Origin: Sedimentisphaeraceae bacterium JB056
GTDB taxonomy: Bacteria; Planctomycetota; Phycisphaerae; Sedimentisphaerales; Sedimentisphaeraceae
DNA: 64,000 nucleotides
Direction: 5' to 3'
Assembly: GCA_044440125.1 (NCBI GenBank)
Contig: JBITAJ010000028.1
Location: 128,001 to 192,000, forward strand
Shown one piece after another: positions 9,594 to 21,732 of the stretch (its first letter is position 1; the number at the start of each line of letters is the position of its first letter). The notes under the pieces are model-generated. The model worked only from the letters and a program-made list of their open reading frames with translations. It did not search any database and was not told where the DNA came from. Made by a program: the position numbers and the translations under genes.

Positions 9594-10409
9594 CTACTCA
9601 ACAAACGGCTTCTCGCCGTAAATCTCTTCAACAGCCTTCATGGCTTTCAATACCTGGTGCTTGGCACCTTCAACTGCAAGCCATCTGCCGCCTTCCTGCC
9701 CGCCAATACCGCCGCAAGCTGTCTCATAAACTTCAACATCTGCAAACTGACGTATCGCTTCAATCTCTGTTACGATATGGCCGCTGATAGTAAACATAGC
9801 CGGAGTATCCTTGAGCCTCTCGGTACTGTTGTTAAGCCGTGAGGCAATATCGTTAAGGTCGCCGGCAATAAGCTTCTCAAGCCCGATTGGTATTATAAGC
9901 TCAGCACGTCTTGCAATTACATACGGCATTATAGTGCCGGCAGTACCGGAAGTTGGCGAACCAATACAAACACCGGCAAGCTTATTTCTATAATCCAGCA
10001 GGTTAGCACCCTTGATAACTACATCACCCGGCGAAAGCATCGTAACGGCTTTCTCAAGTGAAATATTCTCTGCAGGAATTCCATCGATAAGAATAAGTTC
10101 ATCCATCTGATGAACGGCTCCAAGTTTGTTAGCGTTCTCATTAGGATATATCCTGCCAAGCACATAGCTGCCGTGAGTAATTTTCTCACCTGTAAGCTCT
10201 TCGGCAATGTAAGAATTGGTTGTACCCTTACAGATAATGACCATACCCTTTCGCATGGCCCTTCGAACCATGTGCATCTTTGCCACGGCCTTGGCTATAA
10301 GCCGTTTACCTTCAGCAACACTCAAGATCGCAGACGAGACCGCCCTGTTTTCGGAATCATCAACCAATTTTTGATATCCGTTACCTAATCCATACAAACT
10401 CATGATCAT
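9594..10409 (-). CDS. Conserved hypothetical protein
   Basis: 271-aa ORF with GGAAGGAG RBS and glycine-rich motifs (KRLIAKAV, GTTNSY, KGAN, PIGLEK, GGIGG). No function assignable. Confidence 0.8.
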   Translation of the reverse strand: MIMSLYGLGNGYQKLVDDSENRAVSSAILSVAEGKRLIAKAVAKMHMVRRAMRKGMVIICKGTTNSYIAEELTGEKITHGSYVLGRIYPNENANKLGAVHQMDELILIDGIPAENISLEKAVTMLSPGDVVIKGANLLDYRNKLAGVCIGSPTSGTAGTIMPYVIARRAELIIPIGLEKLIAGDLNDIASRLNNSTERLKDTPAMFTISGHIVTEIEAIRQFADVEVYETACGGIGGQEGGRWLAVEGAKHQVLKAMKAVEEIYGEKPFVE

Positions 10410-10489
10410 TCTCCTTCCATAAAATTAAGCACTACTTAGCGCTGTATTGGTACGTAATCCGGCTTACCGGTGTTCAATTTGCTGGCAGC

Positions 10490-11935
10490 TCAGCCTTGCG
10501 GTTTGAGCTGAGGGAACAATATCACATCCCTGATACTTGTTGCATTTGTCAGAAGCATAATAAGTCTGTCGATACCGATACCAAGCCCGCCTGCAGGAGG
10601 CATTCCATACTTAAGGGCATTGACAAAGTCATCATCCATTGTCGCCATAGTCTCTTCCTGCCCCTTGAGCTGCTGACGGAAATTCTCTTCCTGTACCGCC
10701 GGATCGTTAAGCTCGGTGTAAGCATTACCAAGTTCCATCTTGGCAACGAAAAGTTCAAACCTCTCGGCAATCTCAGGATTATCACTCTTACGTCTTGTCA
10801 GCGGACAAAGTGGAGCCGGATAATCAATGACAAATGTCGGATTGACAAGATGGTCTTCGACCGTCTCTTCAAAGACCTCATTTATCACAACATAATCATC
10901 CATCTTCTCTTCTTTTATGCCAAGCTCACGAGCCTTGGCACGAACAGCATCAATATCATCAATATCGCAACCGCTATGTTCCTTGAGCAAATCGGCATAA
11001 GTAGCCCTTCGCCAAGGTCTGGTATAATCGATTTCCATATCACCAAACGGAAGCGTTGTTCCCTCGCAGTGCTTCTCGATAAGATCGGAGATTATCTCTT
11101 CTGCGATATCCATCATCCCGTTGTAATCCGTATAAGCCTGATAAAGCTCCATCATTGTAAATTCAGGATTGTGTCTGGTGCTGAGTCCCTCATTACGGTA
11201 GCTTCTATTTATCTCGAAAACTTTCTCGAAACCGCCAACCAGCAGCCTCTTAAGGAAAAGCTCCGGTGCAATACGCATATAAAGTTCTATATCGAGAGCA
11301 TTATGATGAGTAACGAACGGCTTAGCCGCAGCACCGCCCGCAATAGACTGCATCATGGGCGTTTCAACTTCACAGAAGCCCTTGCTTGTAAGAAGAGAAC
11401 GAATGCTGGCAACCATAGCACTTCTCTTGCGGAATCGCTCCATTACCTCAGGGTTTGCCCAAAGATCAACATATCGCTGACGATAGCGGGCATCGGTATC
11501 CTGCAGACCATGGAATTTTTCCGGCGGCTGAAGCAGAGCCTTGGAAAGGAATGTTATATTTTCACCCCAGATAGTAAGTTCACCGGTTCTTGTAAGTCCA
11601 AGCTCACCCTCAGCACAGAATATATCGCCAAGTTCGAGCTTCTTAGCGAGCGGCCACTGCTCCTCGGCAACACGCTTCTTATTGAGACCAATCTGTATCT
11701 TTCCTGTAGAATCCCGAAGTGTGATAAATATCAGCTTGCCTATGTCGCGAAGCAGAACTATTCTTCCTGCCGCCTTCGCTCTCTGTCCTTCTGCTTCTTC
11801 TACAAAACGAGCGCGAATATCGCAGCTCAATTCTATATCATCAACTCGCTTGCCGTAAGGATCAACCTCCATCTCACGAATCTGATTCAATCTTTCAAGT
11901 CGTTGCTGTTGGAGTTTATCCAATCCTTCAGTCAT
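10490..11935 (-). CDS. lysS: Lysine--tRNA ligase (class II)
   Basis: RYRQRYVDL, EVETPM, RIAPELFLKRL, RNEGLSTRHNPEFTMME, YGMPPAGGLGIGIDRL. Confidence 0.98.
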   Translation of the reverse strand: MTEGLDKLQQQRLERLNQIREMEVDPYGKRVDDIELSCDIRARFVEEAEGQRAKAAGRIVLLRDIGKLIFITLRDSTGKIQIGLNKKRVAEEQWPLAKKLELGDIFCAEGELGLTRTGELTIWGENITFLSKALLQPPEKFHGLQDTDARYRQRYVDLWANPEVMERFRKRSAMVASIRSLLTSKGFCEVETPMMQSIAGGAAAKPFVTHHNALDIELYMRIAPELFLKRLLVGGFEKVFEINRSYRNEGLSTRHNPEFTMMELYQAYTDYNGMMDIAEEIISDLIEKHCEGTTLPFGDMEIDYTRPWRRATYADLLKEHSGCDIDDIDAVRAKARELGIKEEKMDDYVVINEVFEETVEDHLVNPTFVIDYPAPLCPLTRRKSDNPEIAERFELFVAKMELGNAYTELNDPAVQEENFRQQLKGQEETMATMDDDFVNALKYGMPPAGGLGIGIDRLIMLLTNATSIRDVILFPQLKPQG

Positions 11936-12141
11936 AATAATATCCTTATTATCAAAGGGTTATATCGAAATACAACGCTAAAGACTCTCGAATTACACAA
12001 AATATCTCGGAGAAGTCTCACGCGATGGGTTATCTTAGTACACTTTATATATATCGACTAAAAACGTCAACATTATCGTATTATACCAATTAAAACGACA
12101 GTTGCAAACATACGTATCATTTTAATTTAGCGTAATTAAAA

Positions 12142-12175
12142 GAAAAAGCCGGTATCCAACTGACACCGGCTTTTA
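12142..12175. terminator. Intrinsic terminator after tig (possibly bidirectional)
   Basis: AAAAGCCGGT...ACCGGCTTTT hairpin with A/T runs on both sides. Confidence 0.8.
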
Positions 12176-12237
12176 TGTTTTAAGCAATATCAACCCACAG
12201 TAAATGCAGGCTCCGGCTCAGACCGGAAGCAATATGA

Positions 12238-13689
12238 TTATTCTTCCGTCTTTTCTGCCTCTTCAGCTTTTTTCTTAGGGGCAGCTTTTTTAGTTGCCTT
12301 CTTGGTTGTTTTCTTAGCAGCTTTCGGCTTCTCTTCACTCTTAGCTTCAGCTTTTTCTTCCTTAGCATCATCGCCGCCAAGGTTCATCTCGATGATCTTC
12401 TCTATGCACTTCTGCTCACGTGCCTGCATGGTAAACTGAGTAAGTGAACCATCACGAAGCAGTTGCTCACGCATCTTCTCTGGTCTCATCTGGCGATACA
12501 TAGCCATCTGAGCGATGTAACCGTTGATCTCTTCAGGAGCAACCTCAACCTCAAGATCCTGTGCAACCTTATCCATGATAAAGAAGCTCTTGAGATTATC
12601 CTTAGCCTCTTCCTGGCTTGCTGTCTGAAGCTCTTCTGTTTTCTTCTGGAGCTCATCGGCTTCAAGGCCTTCCATAAGAAGACGGCTGTATTGTCTCTTA
12701 ACGAGAGAATCGGTCTGCTCAGCGACAACATCTTCAGGAAGATCGAATGATGTATTGTCAAGGAGGTACTTGCGAATAGTCTCACCCATCTCGTTCTGAG
12801 CAGCGCGTTCCTTTTCATCCTCAAGCATATCTGTGATTTTTTCTCTAAGCGCTGTCTCATCATCAAGACCAAGCTTGTCAAACAGCTCATCATTGAGCTC
12901 AGCAGGCTTACGGAAAGTGATTTTCTTAACAGTTACCTTGACATCACACTTCTTACCGGCCAGATCCTTGTTGAAGAACGTCTCAGGCACTTCTGTGCTG
13001 AAGCTCTTCTCATCGCCAACCTTAGCACCAACAAGCTGATCGCCAAGATCCGCAACAGGCACCTTACCGCAGAAGCCGTCATTCTTGACAGATACATCAG
13101 TATCTTCAACCGTAATTGCTTCTTCGCCTTCAGGAGTAACAACAACGTCTGCTACCGCCATATCGCCTTCTTCAATACCGGCGTCTTCTTCTCTATCTGC
13201 CATCTCACCGAAGTTGTTAAGCAGTGACTCAAGTCTTTCCTCAATTTCCTCATCCTTAACTTCGATTGCCGGCTTCTCAAGCTTTATTGCCTTGAAGTCA
13301 GGCAGATCGAACTCAGGACGAACATTAACTTCAAACTCGAATGAGAAAGAACCGCTTTCGGGCAGTGTATGATCTTCAGGATTGATTTCCGGCTCGCCAA
13401 GTGTGTCAAGTTTATTTTCTTCAATGGCCTTTTCTGTAGCATCAGCAAGAAGCTTAAGCTTTGTCTGCTCATTGATATCCTTACCGAATCTTTTCTCAAG
13501 AAGACGGATCGGAGTACGTCCCTTTCTGAAACCAGGCAATACAGCTTCCTGACGAAGCTCTTTATACTGGTCAGCTACAACTTCCTTGATAGCATCTTCG
13601 GGTACTTCGATGCTTACTTTTTTACGGCAAGGACCTGCGTCCGCTACCTTTACTACATTTTTGATCTCATTTTTTGTTTCTTCAGCCAT
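12238..13689 (-). CDS. tig: Trigger factor
   Basis: PGFRKGR signature, FEFEVNVRPEF, FKBP-like middle domain. Start reassigned to MAEETK. Confidence 0.95.
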   Translation of the reverse strand: MAEETKNEIKNVVKVADAGPCRKKVSIEVPEDAIKEVVADQYKELRQEAVLPGFRKGRTPIRLLEKRFGKDINEQTKLKLLADATEKAIEENKLDTLGEPEINPEDHTLPESGSFSFEFEVNVRPEFDLPDFKAIKLEKPAIEVKDEEIEERLESLLNNFGEMADREEDAGIEEGDMAVADVVVTPEGEEAITVEDTDVSVKNDGFCGKVPVADLGDQLVGAKVGDEKSFSTEVPETFFNKDLAGKKCDVKVTVKKITFRKPAELNDELFDKLGLDDETALREKITDMLEDEKERAAQNEMGETIRKYLLDNTSFDLPEDVVAEQTDSLVKRQYSRLLMEGLEADELQKKTEELQTASQEEAKDNLKSFFIMDKVAQDLEVEVAPEEINGYIAQMAMYRQMRPEKMREQLLRDGSLTQFTMQAREQKCIEKIIEMNLGGDDAKEEKAEAKSEEKPKAAKKTTKKATKKAAPKKKAEEAEKTEE

Positions 13690-13747
13690 TTCAATTTCCT
13701 GTTCTAAAATGATACATTTAGTAATTCCACAGGTGTTCTGAGTGCAT

Positions 13748-13781
13748 AAAAAAAAGACCGCGAAGAGAGTTCGCAGTCTTG
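13748..13781 (-). terminator. Terminator between tRNA-Gly and tig
   Basis: Minus strand AAGACTGCGAA-CTCTC-TTCGCGGTCTT followed by a T run. Confidence 0.75.
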
Positions 13782-13888
13782 TATTTAACATTTCGAACAT
13801 CCCGCCGACCAGCGCCAAGCCTTTTAAGACCGATAACTCGCCGAGACTATATAAAGTTTTGTTTTTAGCTTATAAAGCTATAAAAAAG

Positions 13889-13960
13889 AGCGGGTGATGA
13901 GATTCGAACCCACGACATTCACGTTGGCAACGTGACGCTCTACCGCTGAGCTACACCCGC
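13889..13960 (-). tRNA. tRNA-Gly(GCC), CCA not encoded
   Basis: GCGGGTGTAGCTCAGCGGTAGAGCGTCACGTTGCCAACGTGAATGTCGTGGGTTCGAATCTCATCACCCGCT folds as a cloverleaf. Confidence 0.97.
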
Positions 13961-13978
13961 AAATCAAAAGAGAAGGAG

Positions 13979-14006
13979 ATTATAGAGAAAACAATTACGC
14001 TTTCAA
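13979..14006 (-). promoter_or_regulatory. Sigma70-type promoter of tRNA-Gly
   Basis: TTGAAA-16 nt-TATAAT. Confidence 0.7.
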
Positions 14007-14053
14007 GCATTTTTTTAACAAAAAGTCAATTTTATTGCTTATGCATCAAAATC

Positions 14054-14081
14054 GTAGAGACGCGATTAATCGCGTCTCTAC
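14054..14081. repeat. Perfect 28-bp REP-like palindrome
   Basis: GTAGAGACGCGATTAATCGCGTCTCTAC is self-complementary with GTAG ends. Confidence 0.85.
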
Positions 14082-14100
14082 AAATCCATTCTATAAATAC

Positions 14101-14139
14101 AGTTATATTACATACTGTCGATAATATCATTAAATATCT
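14101..14139. repeat. Displaced copy of the icd 3' end (att-like direct repeat, copy 1)
   Basis: AGTTATATTACATACTGTCGATAATATCATTAAATATCT; 38/39 identical to 15450-15488. Confidence 0.92.
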
Positions 14140-15317
14140 CAATCAAAAACATTACCACCCTGTAAGTAAGTATTCAACGGGTTAGTTATACTGACATCCT
14201 TGTAAGTTAATACCTCTTTCCCTGCATACCAAAGTTGCTTATCTACCGGTATCTCTTCACATAATGCCTGCTCAAAATTAACAAGCCCCTTAAAAAAATC
14301 AGGATGAAATGTCTTAGCCGACTTCATTTCTATAGCAGTAATAGATTTTCGTCCTGCAATCACCAAATCCACCTCATTACCATGGGAATCACGGTAAAAA
14401 TACAATTGCGAATTTAAACCTCGATTTTGTATTTGCTTAAGAGTTTCAACTACCAGCATATTTTCATAAAGATTACCTCTAAGTGGATCCCTGATAAGCT
14501 GCTGACTATCCTCAATACCCAAAAGCCAGCAAGCAAGTCCAACATCGGTAAAATATATCTTTGGCATCTTGACCAGTCTTTTGCGTATATTCCTGAAAAA
14601 TGGCGGAAGTTCAAAAATAAGATAAGACGCCTTCAATACAGATATCCAATCTTTTATAGTAACAGAAGAAACGCCAACATCACCGGCAAGTGAATTATAA
14701 TTCATCAACTGACCAACTCTACCGGCCAGAAGTCGCATAAACTCATGAAAACGCTTTAGATCTTTTAGATTAATCAGTTCACGAATATCTCTTTCTACAT
14801 AAGTGGCAAAATATGACGCATAGAATCTTGATGGTCTGAGTTCATTCTCATGCAAACGTGGATAAAACCCCTTGAATATCAGCTCATATGGCAAATCATA
14901 ATTTCTTTTGTATTGTGCAAGCTCTTCAACAGAAAAAGGAAGCAGCTCAAGAACCGCTGTTCTGCCAGCCAATGATTGACTTACCGATTGTTGAATTCTT
15001 GGTTGATGACTCCCGGTAAGTATGAACCTGCCTTCAACCGGATTCTCATCAATGACACCCTGAAGATAACTAAGTAATTCCGGTACCCTCTGAATCTCAT
15101 CGAATATTACACCTCCCTCAAAACCCTCTACAAGCCCGCGAGGGTCTTCGGAAGCATACCTCCTGTGATCAACATCCTCAAGTGAATAATATTGATGATC
15201 AGGAAAGGCTAAACGCGCAAGAGTTGTTTTACCTGACTGCCTGGGACCAAAGATTGTAACAGCCGGATACTCTTTCGCACATTGAAGTAATTCTTTTTCA
15301 ATAGTCCTGCTAATCAT
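14139..15317 (-). CDS. AAA+ ATPase (AAA_14) with DUF4143 / PD-(D/E)XK-like C-terminus
   Basis: Walker A GPRQSGKTT, Walker B IFDEIQ, LTGS, SLAGR, TYVERD, PKIYFTDVG, EVDLVI...AIEMKS. Confidence 0.9.
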   Translation of the reverse strand: MISRTIEKELLQCAKEYPAVTIFGPRQSGKTTLARLAFPDHQYYSLEDVDHRRYASEDPRGLVEGFEGGVIFDEIQRVPELLSYLQGVIDENPVEGRFILTGSHQPRIQQSVSQSLAGRTAVLELLPFSVEELAQYKRNYDLPYELIFKGFYPRLHENELRPSRFYASYFATYVERDIRELINLKDLKRFHEFMRLLAGRVGQLMNYNSLAGDVGVSSVTIKDWISVLKASYLIFELPPFFRNIRKRLVKMPKIYFTDVGLACWLLGIEDSQQLIRDPLRGNLYENMLVVETLKQIQNRGLNSQLYFYRDSHGNEVDLVIAGRKSITAIEMKSAKTFHPDFFKGLVNFEQALCEEIPVDKQLWYAGKEVLTYKDVSITNPLNTYLQGGNVFD

Positions 15318-15323
15318 AAGATT

Positions 15324-15368
15324 ATTATACCTTGTGTAATTTTAAAGTTCAACTTTAAAATTACACAA
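15324..15368 (-). promoter_or_regulatory. Leaderless promoter of the AAA gene overlapped by an 18-bp perfect inverted repeat (operator)
   Basis: TTGAAC-17-TATAAT-6 nt-ATG. TTGTGTAATTTTAAAGTT-C-AACTTTAAAATTACACAA at 15332-15368. Confidence 0.75.
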
Positions 15369-15418
15369 AAAAACAGTGGTTAACAAAACCGAGAAAAATC
15401 CCGTTTTTGCTAACCACT
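15367..15418 (-). terminator. icd terminator (inside the islet)
   Basis: Minus strand AGTGGTTAGCAAAA...TTTTGTTAACCACT followed by GTTTTTTT. Confidence 0.75.
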
Positions 15419-15449
15419 AAACTCAAATGTAAAGCTATTATATTAAAGT

Positions 15450-17697
<2,248 letters not shown>

Positions 17698-17966
17698 TTA
17701 AGATTGATTAATGATTCAGGGGGTACAAATCGCAGTTTTCTATCAGCCTCAAGAATCTATTGTTCGTATTGCCGATATAAATGCTTAATTAAACGAGAGA
17801 TATATACTAATGTTCTTAACCCGTTTGTCAACAAAAATCCGAACACCTCTAATCATAACAAAATTAAAATAAACCGCTAATTTCATATAAACACAGCAAG
17901 CATATCATCAGCCCGTTTTGTGTAATCAGAATTTGACAAGGTTAAAACACAGCAAGAAAATAGCGG

Positions 17967-19691
17967 ATGAAAATAGGCCATAGAATCACAATAATAATAT
18001 GCAGCACTTTTTTGCTCATTTTGTTACTTGGTATAACCGCTCAGAGATATATTGTAGCACCCGGCTTTGAAGAAATTGAACGGTGGTTTATAAAAAATGA
18101 AGTCGGCTGGATAGACGACCTCATAAATCGTGAAACGCAAAGAATAACAGAGCTTTGTACTGACTGGTCAGTAAACGACAACACATATAATTACGCCTTT
18201 TGTATTGATGAAGAGTTCTCAAAAAACAATCTTCAACCTGATACTTTCAGGTATAATTCCCTCAATTTCATTGCTATTGTCGGGAATTATGGAAATGTAA
18301 TATATTCAGAAAGTTACGACTTTAAAGCTAAGAAATTCATCGCTCCAATATTTGAAGATTTCAAGGACAACATAATTTCCTCTGACTCACCATTACTTGC
18401 AACCTCTACACTCAAAAAAACATCCGGAATAGCGGAAAGCTCACATGGTCCGGTTTTTATTGCCGCACATCCCATAACGAGGAAAGACAACTCCAACTCT
18501 GTAGGAGGGGTTGTTATAATGGCCCGAATACTTGATCAAGATTTCTTAGGCGACATCTTCTCAAAAGGCGGAAGTTCGCTTAAAATAGTAGAGAAACAGC
18601 AAACCGACTGCCATTGCGACCCTGGAACTGACACATATATCACAAACTACTCTAACGGCAGCTACTCCGTTTGCAAATATATCGACACCGTCTATGGCCA
18701 GACCAACTACGTACTACAGTTGATAACTCCAAATTTCATCGGAAGACATAACGAAAAATATAATCTCATAATGACTGTAAGTACTCTGATTTTGGGATTG
18801 GGCGGTTTAGGGATAACCCTCACAATCATCATGAGGGTGGTTGTAAGACCAATAAAAAATCTGGAAAGCCAAATTAAAGGCATGGCAGAAAAAAAGACCT
18901 TGGAAGTTATACCAACAAAAAAATCACAGGACGAAATAAGCTCACTTGCAAGAGAATTCAATACAATGGTAACACGCATTAAAGAAGATGAAAGAATACG
19001 CAGCCAGATCGCACGAAAACTTCAGGAATCAAACTCCGAATTACAACGATTCGCATACTCAGTATCCCACGATTTGAAAGAACCGCTGCGTACAATCACA
19101 TCATACCTGCAGTTAATAGAACTCACCGCAGTAATAAAAGATGAAACCAAGCAATATATAAATTTCGTAGTTGATGCATCAAAACGAATGTATACCATGA
19201 TAGAAGACCTGCTTGCATACTCAAGAAGCAACTCACTTGACTACCCGATTCAAGACTGCAGCTTATCTGTAATAGCAAAAGACATCATAAAAGAACTTCA
19301 TCTGATAATAGATGAAACTAATGCGGTAATCACGATATCAGAACTCCCGACAATCAAAGGCTACTGTCCATTGCTCAAACAGATATTCAGAAATCTAATA
19401 ACTAATGCTCTTAAATATCGAAAAGAAAATATTAATCCTCAAATACGTATAGGCTTCACCGAAAATGAAGAAGAATATATCTTCAGCATAAAAGATAATG
19501 GCAAGGGTATAGACAAAGAATATCAGGATAAAATTTTCGAGATGTTCCAAAGACTGGAAAACACGAAATCAAAAGGCAGCGGGCTTGGACTCTCAATCTG
19601 CAAAAAAGTTGCTCAACGTCACGGCGGAAGGATATGGGTTGAATCACAGATCAATCAAGGCTCAACCTTCTTTTTCACCATAGCAAAATAA
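17967..19691 (+). CDS. Sensor histidine kinase (CHASE4-like periplasmic domain, HAMP, HisKA, HATPase)
   Basis: Two TM segments, DWSVNDNTY, FAYSVSHDLKEPLR H-box, NLITNALKY, DNGKG, GSGLGL. Confidence 0.92.
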   Translation: MKIGHRITIIICSTFLLILLLGITAQRYIVAPGFEEIERWFIKNEVGWIDDLINRETQRITELCTDWSVNDNTYNYAFCIDEEFSKNNLQPDTFRYNSLNFIAIVGNYGNVIYSESYDFKAKKFIAPIFEDFKDNIISSDSPLLATSTLKKTSGIAESSHGPVFIAAHPITRKDNSNSVGGVVIMARILDQDFLGDIFSKGGSSLKIVEKQQTDCHCDPGTDTYITNYSNGSYSVCKYIDTVYGQTNYVLQLITPNFIGRHNEKYNLIMTVSTLILGLGGLGITLTIIMRVVVRPIKNLESQIKGMAEKKTLEVIPTKKSQDEISSLAREFNTMVTRIKEDERIRSQIARKLQESNSELQRFAYSVSHDLKEPLRTITSYLQLIELTAVIKDETKQYINFVVDASKRMYTMIEDLLAYSRSNSLDYPIQDCSLSVIAKDIIKELHLIIDETNAVITISELPTIKGYCPLLKQIFRNLITNALKYRKENINPQIRIGFTENEEEYIFSIKDNGKGIDKEYQDKIFEMFQRLENTKSKGSGLGLSICKKVAQRHGGRIWVESQINQGSTFFFTIAK

Positions 19692-19802
19692 ATACTCAAA
19701 TTCCATCCCGACAATTAACTCTTGACTATATGTACCCAAAGGTGTAATATCAATATATTCGCAAGGGAGAAATATGTTGATTATAATTATTAGGGATGGT
19801 TT

Positions 19803-20954
19803 ATGGTAAAAGAGGCTAATTCACCCGACGTTGTAAAATGGCTGTGTCTAACACGTGCCGAGGGAGTCGGTCCAGTAACGTTCAAACGGCTTTTGAAACA
19901 CTTCAAAAGCATTGATGCGATACTTGGCTCTTCATCAACTGCTCTTTCAAAAGTTAAAGGCATCGGTCCTGCCACTGCGGAAAAAATCCTGCGCTCGCTT
20001 GGAACCTTTGACATAGAAAAAGAACTCGAGCTTGCCGCAAAGAATAATGTGTGGCTGCTTCATTATCTTGACAAACGCTACCCCGCGCCGCTTCGCCAGC
20101 AGGTTGCATGCCCGCCTGTTCTTTATGTCCGCGGCACACTCAAGAAAAGCGATAATCTTGCCGTTGCAATAGTCGGCTCACGAAGATGCAGTATCTACGG
20201 CAAAGAACAGGCGTCAAGATTCGCCTACGGATTGGCATCCTCATCAATAACAATCGTAAGCGGAATGGCAAGAGGCATCGACACTGCCGCTCATCAGGGA
20301 GCACTCAACGCAGGCGGCAGAACAATAGCAGTGCTTGGCTGCGGACTCTCAAATGTGTACCCGCCTGAAAACAAGCGACTCCACGACGATATCGCCCAAA
20401 GCGGCGCAGTGATAAGCGAACTGCCTATGCAAGTCGAACCCAAACCCGAAAATTTCCCCGCAAGAAATCGAATCATAGCCGCACTTGCCATGGCCTCGAT
20501 CATCGCAGAAGCCGGCTACGGCTCAGGCGCCATGATAACCGCTAAATATGCTCTCGAAATGGATAGAGAAGTGATGGCGATTCCCGGCCGTATAGATTCT
20601 CCAATGGCAAAGGGACCGAACTCGCTCATAAAGCAGGGAGCAAAATTGATCGAGGATATCGCCGATGTTATGGATGAGCTTGGAAGTATCGGCAGCCAGA
20701 TCAAAGATGTAGTAGTTGACGAATCCCAAAAAGCCCAGAGCAAAAAAGAAGCACCGCTGTTTGACATCTCGACTGTTAAACTGAGCGAAGATGAAAAAAC
20801 TGTATACGACAATCTCTCAAAACAGGAAATTCACTGCGACACAATAATCGAAACAACAGGACTTGGAGCAGGCAAAGTAAACGCATCACTCATGGCACTA
20901 AGACTGAAAGGGTTGATAAAACAACTCCCAGGAAATTTCTTCAAAAAGAGATAA
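19803..20954 (+). CDS. dprA: DNA-processing protein DprA/Smf
   Basis: VAIVGSR, VSGMARGIDTAAH, FPARNRII, EAGYGSGA, C-terminal wHTH. Confidence 0.96.
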   Translation: MVKEANSPDVVKWLCLTRAEGVGPVTFKRLLKHFKSIDAILGSSSTALSKVKGIGPATAEKILRSLGTFDIEKELELAAKNNVWLLHYLDKRYPAPLRQQVACPPVLYVRGTLKKSDNLAVAIVGSRRCSIYGKEQASRFAYGLASSSITIVSGMARGIDTAAHQGALNAGGRTIAVLGCGLSNVYPPENKRLHDDIAQSGAVISELPMQVEPKPENFPARNRIIAALAMASIIAEAGYGSGAMITAKYALEMDREVMAIPGRIDSPMAKGPNSLIKQGAKLIEDIADVMDELGSIGSQIKDVVVDESQKAQSKKEAPLFDISTVKLSEDEKTVYDNLSKQEIHCDTIIETTGLGAGKVNASLMALRLKGLIKQLPGNFFKKR

Positions 20955-20967
20955 TAATCGCTGCAAT

Positions 20968-21552
20968 CTAATCTGTCATGCCTGTGTTTATAAATCTAAA
21001 CCAGCTCCCCCAGGAGACTACAAAATACATACAGAATGATATATTCAAAATAATAAGTATTCGAACAATCAGAAAAAGAAATAGCTTTTTTGTCTTACTG
21101 TACCGTGAAGGATTCTCAACATCTCTTCTGAGAAAATTTCGAATTTCATAAACACCAAGAATTAATACCATATACTCAATGATTGGAACAGAAGAAAGAT
21201 TTGAATCGATACCCTCAAGCCGCATCTGAAATACACCTTCATTAACGACCAGCGAGATAACTGCAGCAGGAATCAAAAGCCAAGAAAAAATCCGCACGAC
21301 AATAAAGGTCTTTTTCGTTGACAAAGACTTATCAGACAACTCATTCAAAATCGTCCACAAAACAAGAATTGAAACCACTAAAACAAACAGCGTCGCCTTA
21401 AACTCTTCATGTTTCGGATCATCCAATATTGGCTTTAAACCAAAACAGTAAAGACCTATCATCCACGGCAAAATACTAAGCAGATTAACTCCGCCTACCT
21501 CAAAAATCGACCTTGTTTCTAATTTAGAAATTTCAATCGGCTCATAACCCAT
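20968..21552 (-). CDS. Hypothetical multi-pass membrane protein
   Basis: 194-aa ORF with about 5 hydrophobic segments and no recognised motif. Confidence 0.7.
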   Translation of the reverse strand: MGYEPIEISKLETRSIFEVGGVNLLSILPWMIGLYCFGLKPILDDPKHEEFKATLFVLVVSILVLWTILNELSDKSLSTKKTFIVVRIFSWLLIPAAVISLVVNEGVFQMRLEGIDSNLSSVPIIEYMVLILGVYEIRNFLRRDVENPSRYSKTKKLFLFLIVRILIILNISFCMYFVVSWGSWFRFINTGMTD

Positions 21553-21732
21553 TAGTTATACCCTTACTGCCTAAAACTAAATCCAATCCCATAACACAAA
21601 CATAATTAAATCCGCCGAACGTTGAAGACATCGCTCCCTGCAATCAATCTAATCCTCTTTAAGAACTTCCTATCTTCATGGTAAATACAAAAATAGCGTC
21701 CTTGCGTTTAAAAAACATCAATAGACTCATAC

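Noticed and set aside
10496..12061. 521-aa plus-strand ORF
   Set aside because: Antisense shadow of lysS with no recognisable motifs; explained by codon bias on the coding strand.
12238..12370. Lys/Ala-rich tail of trigger factor
   Set aside because: Low-complexity tails are common in Tig and give no evidence of a new function.
20957..21654. Similar ATCGCT..GCAATC..TAATC strings flanking the membrane-protein gene
   Set aside because: Short, needs two 4-nt gaps to align, and could be chance.
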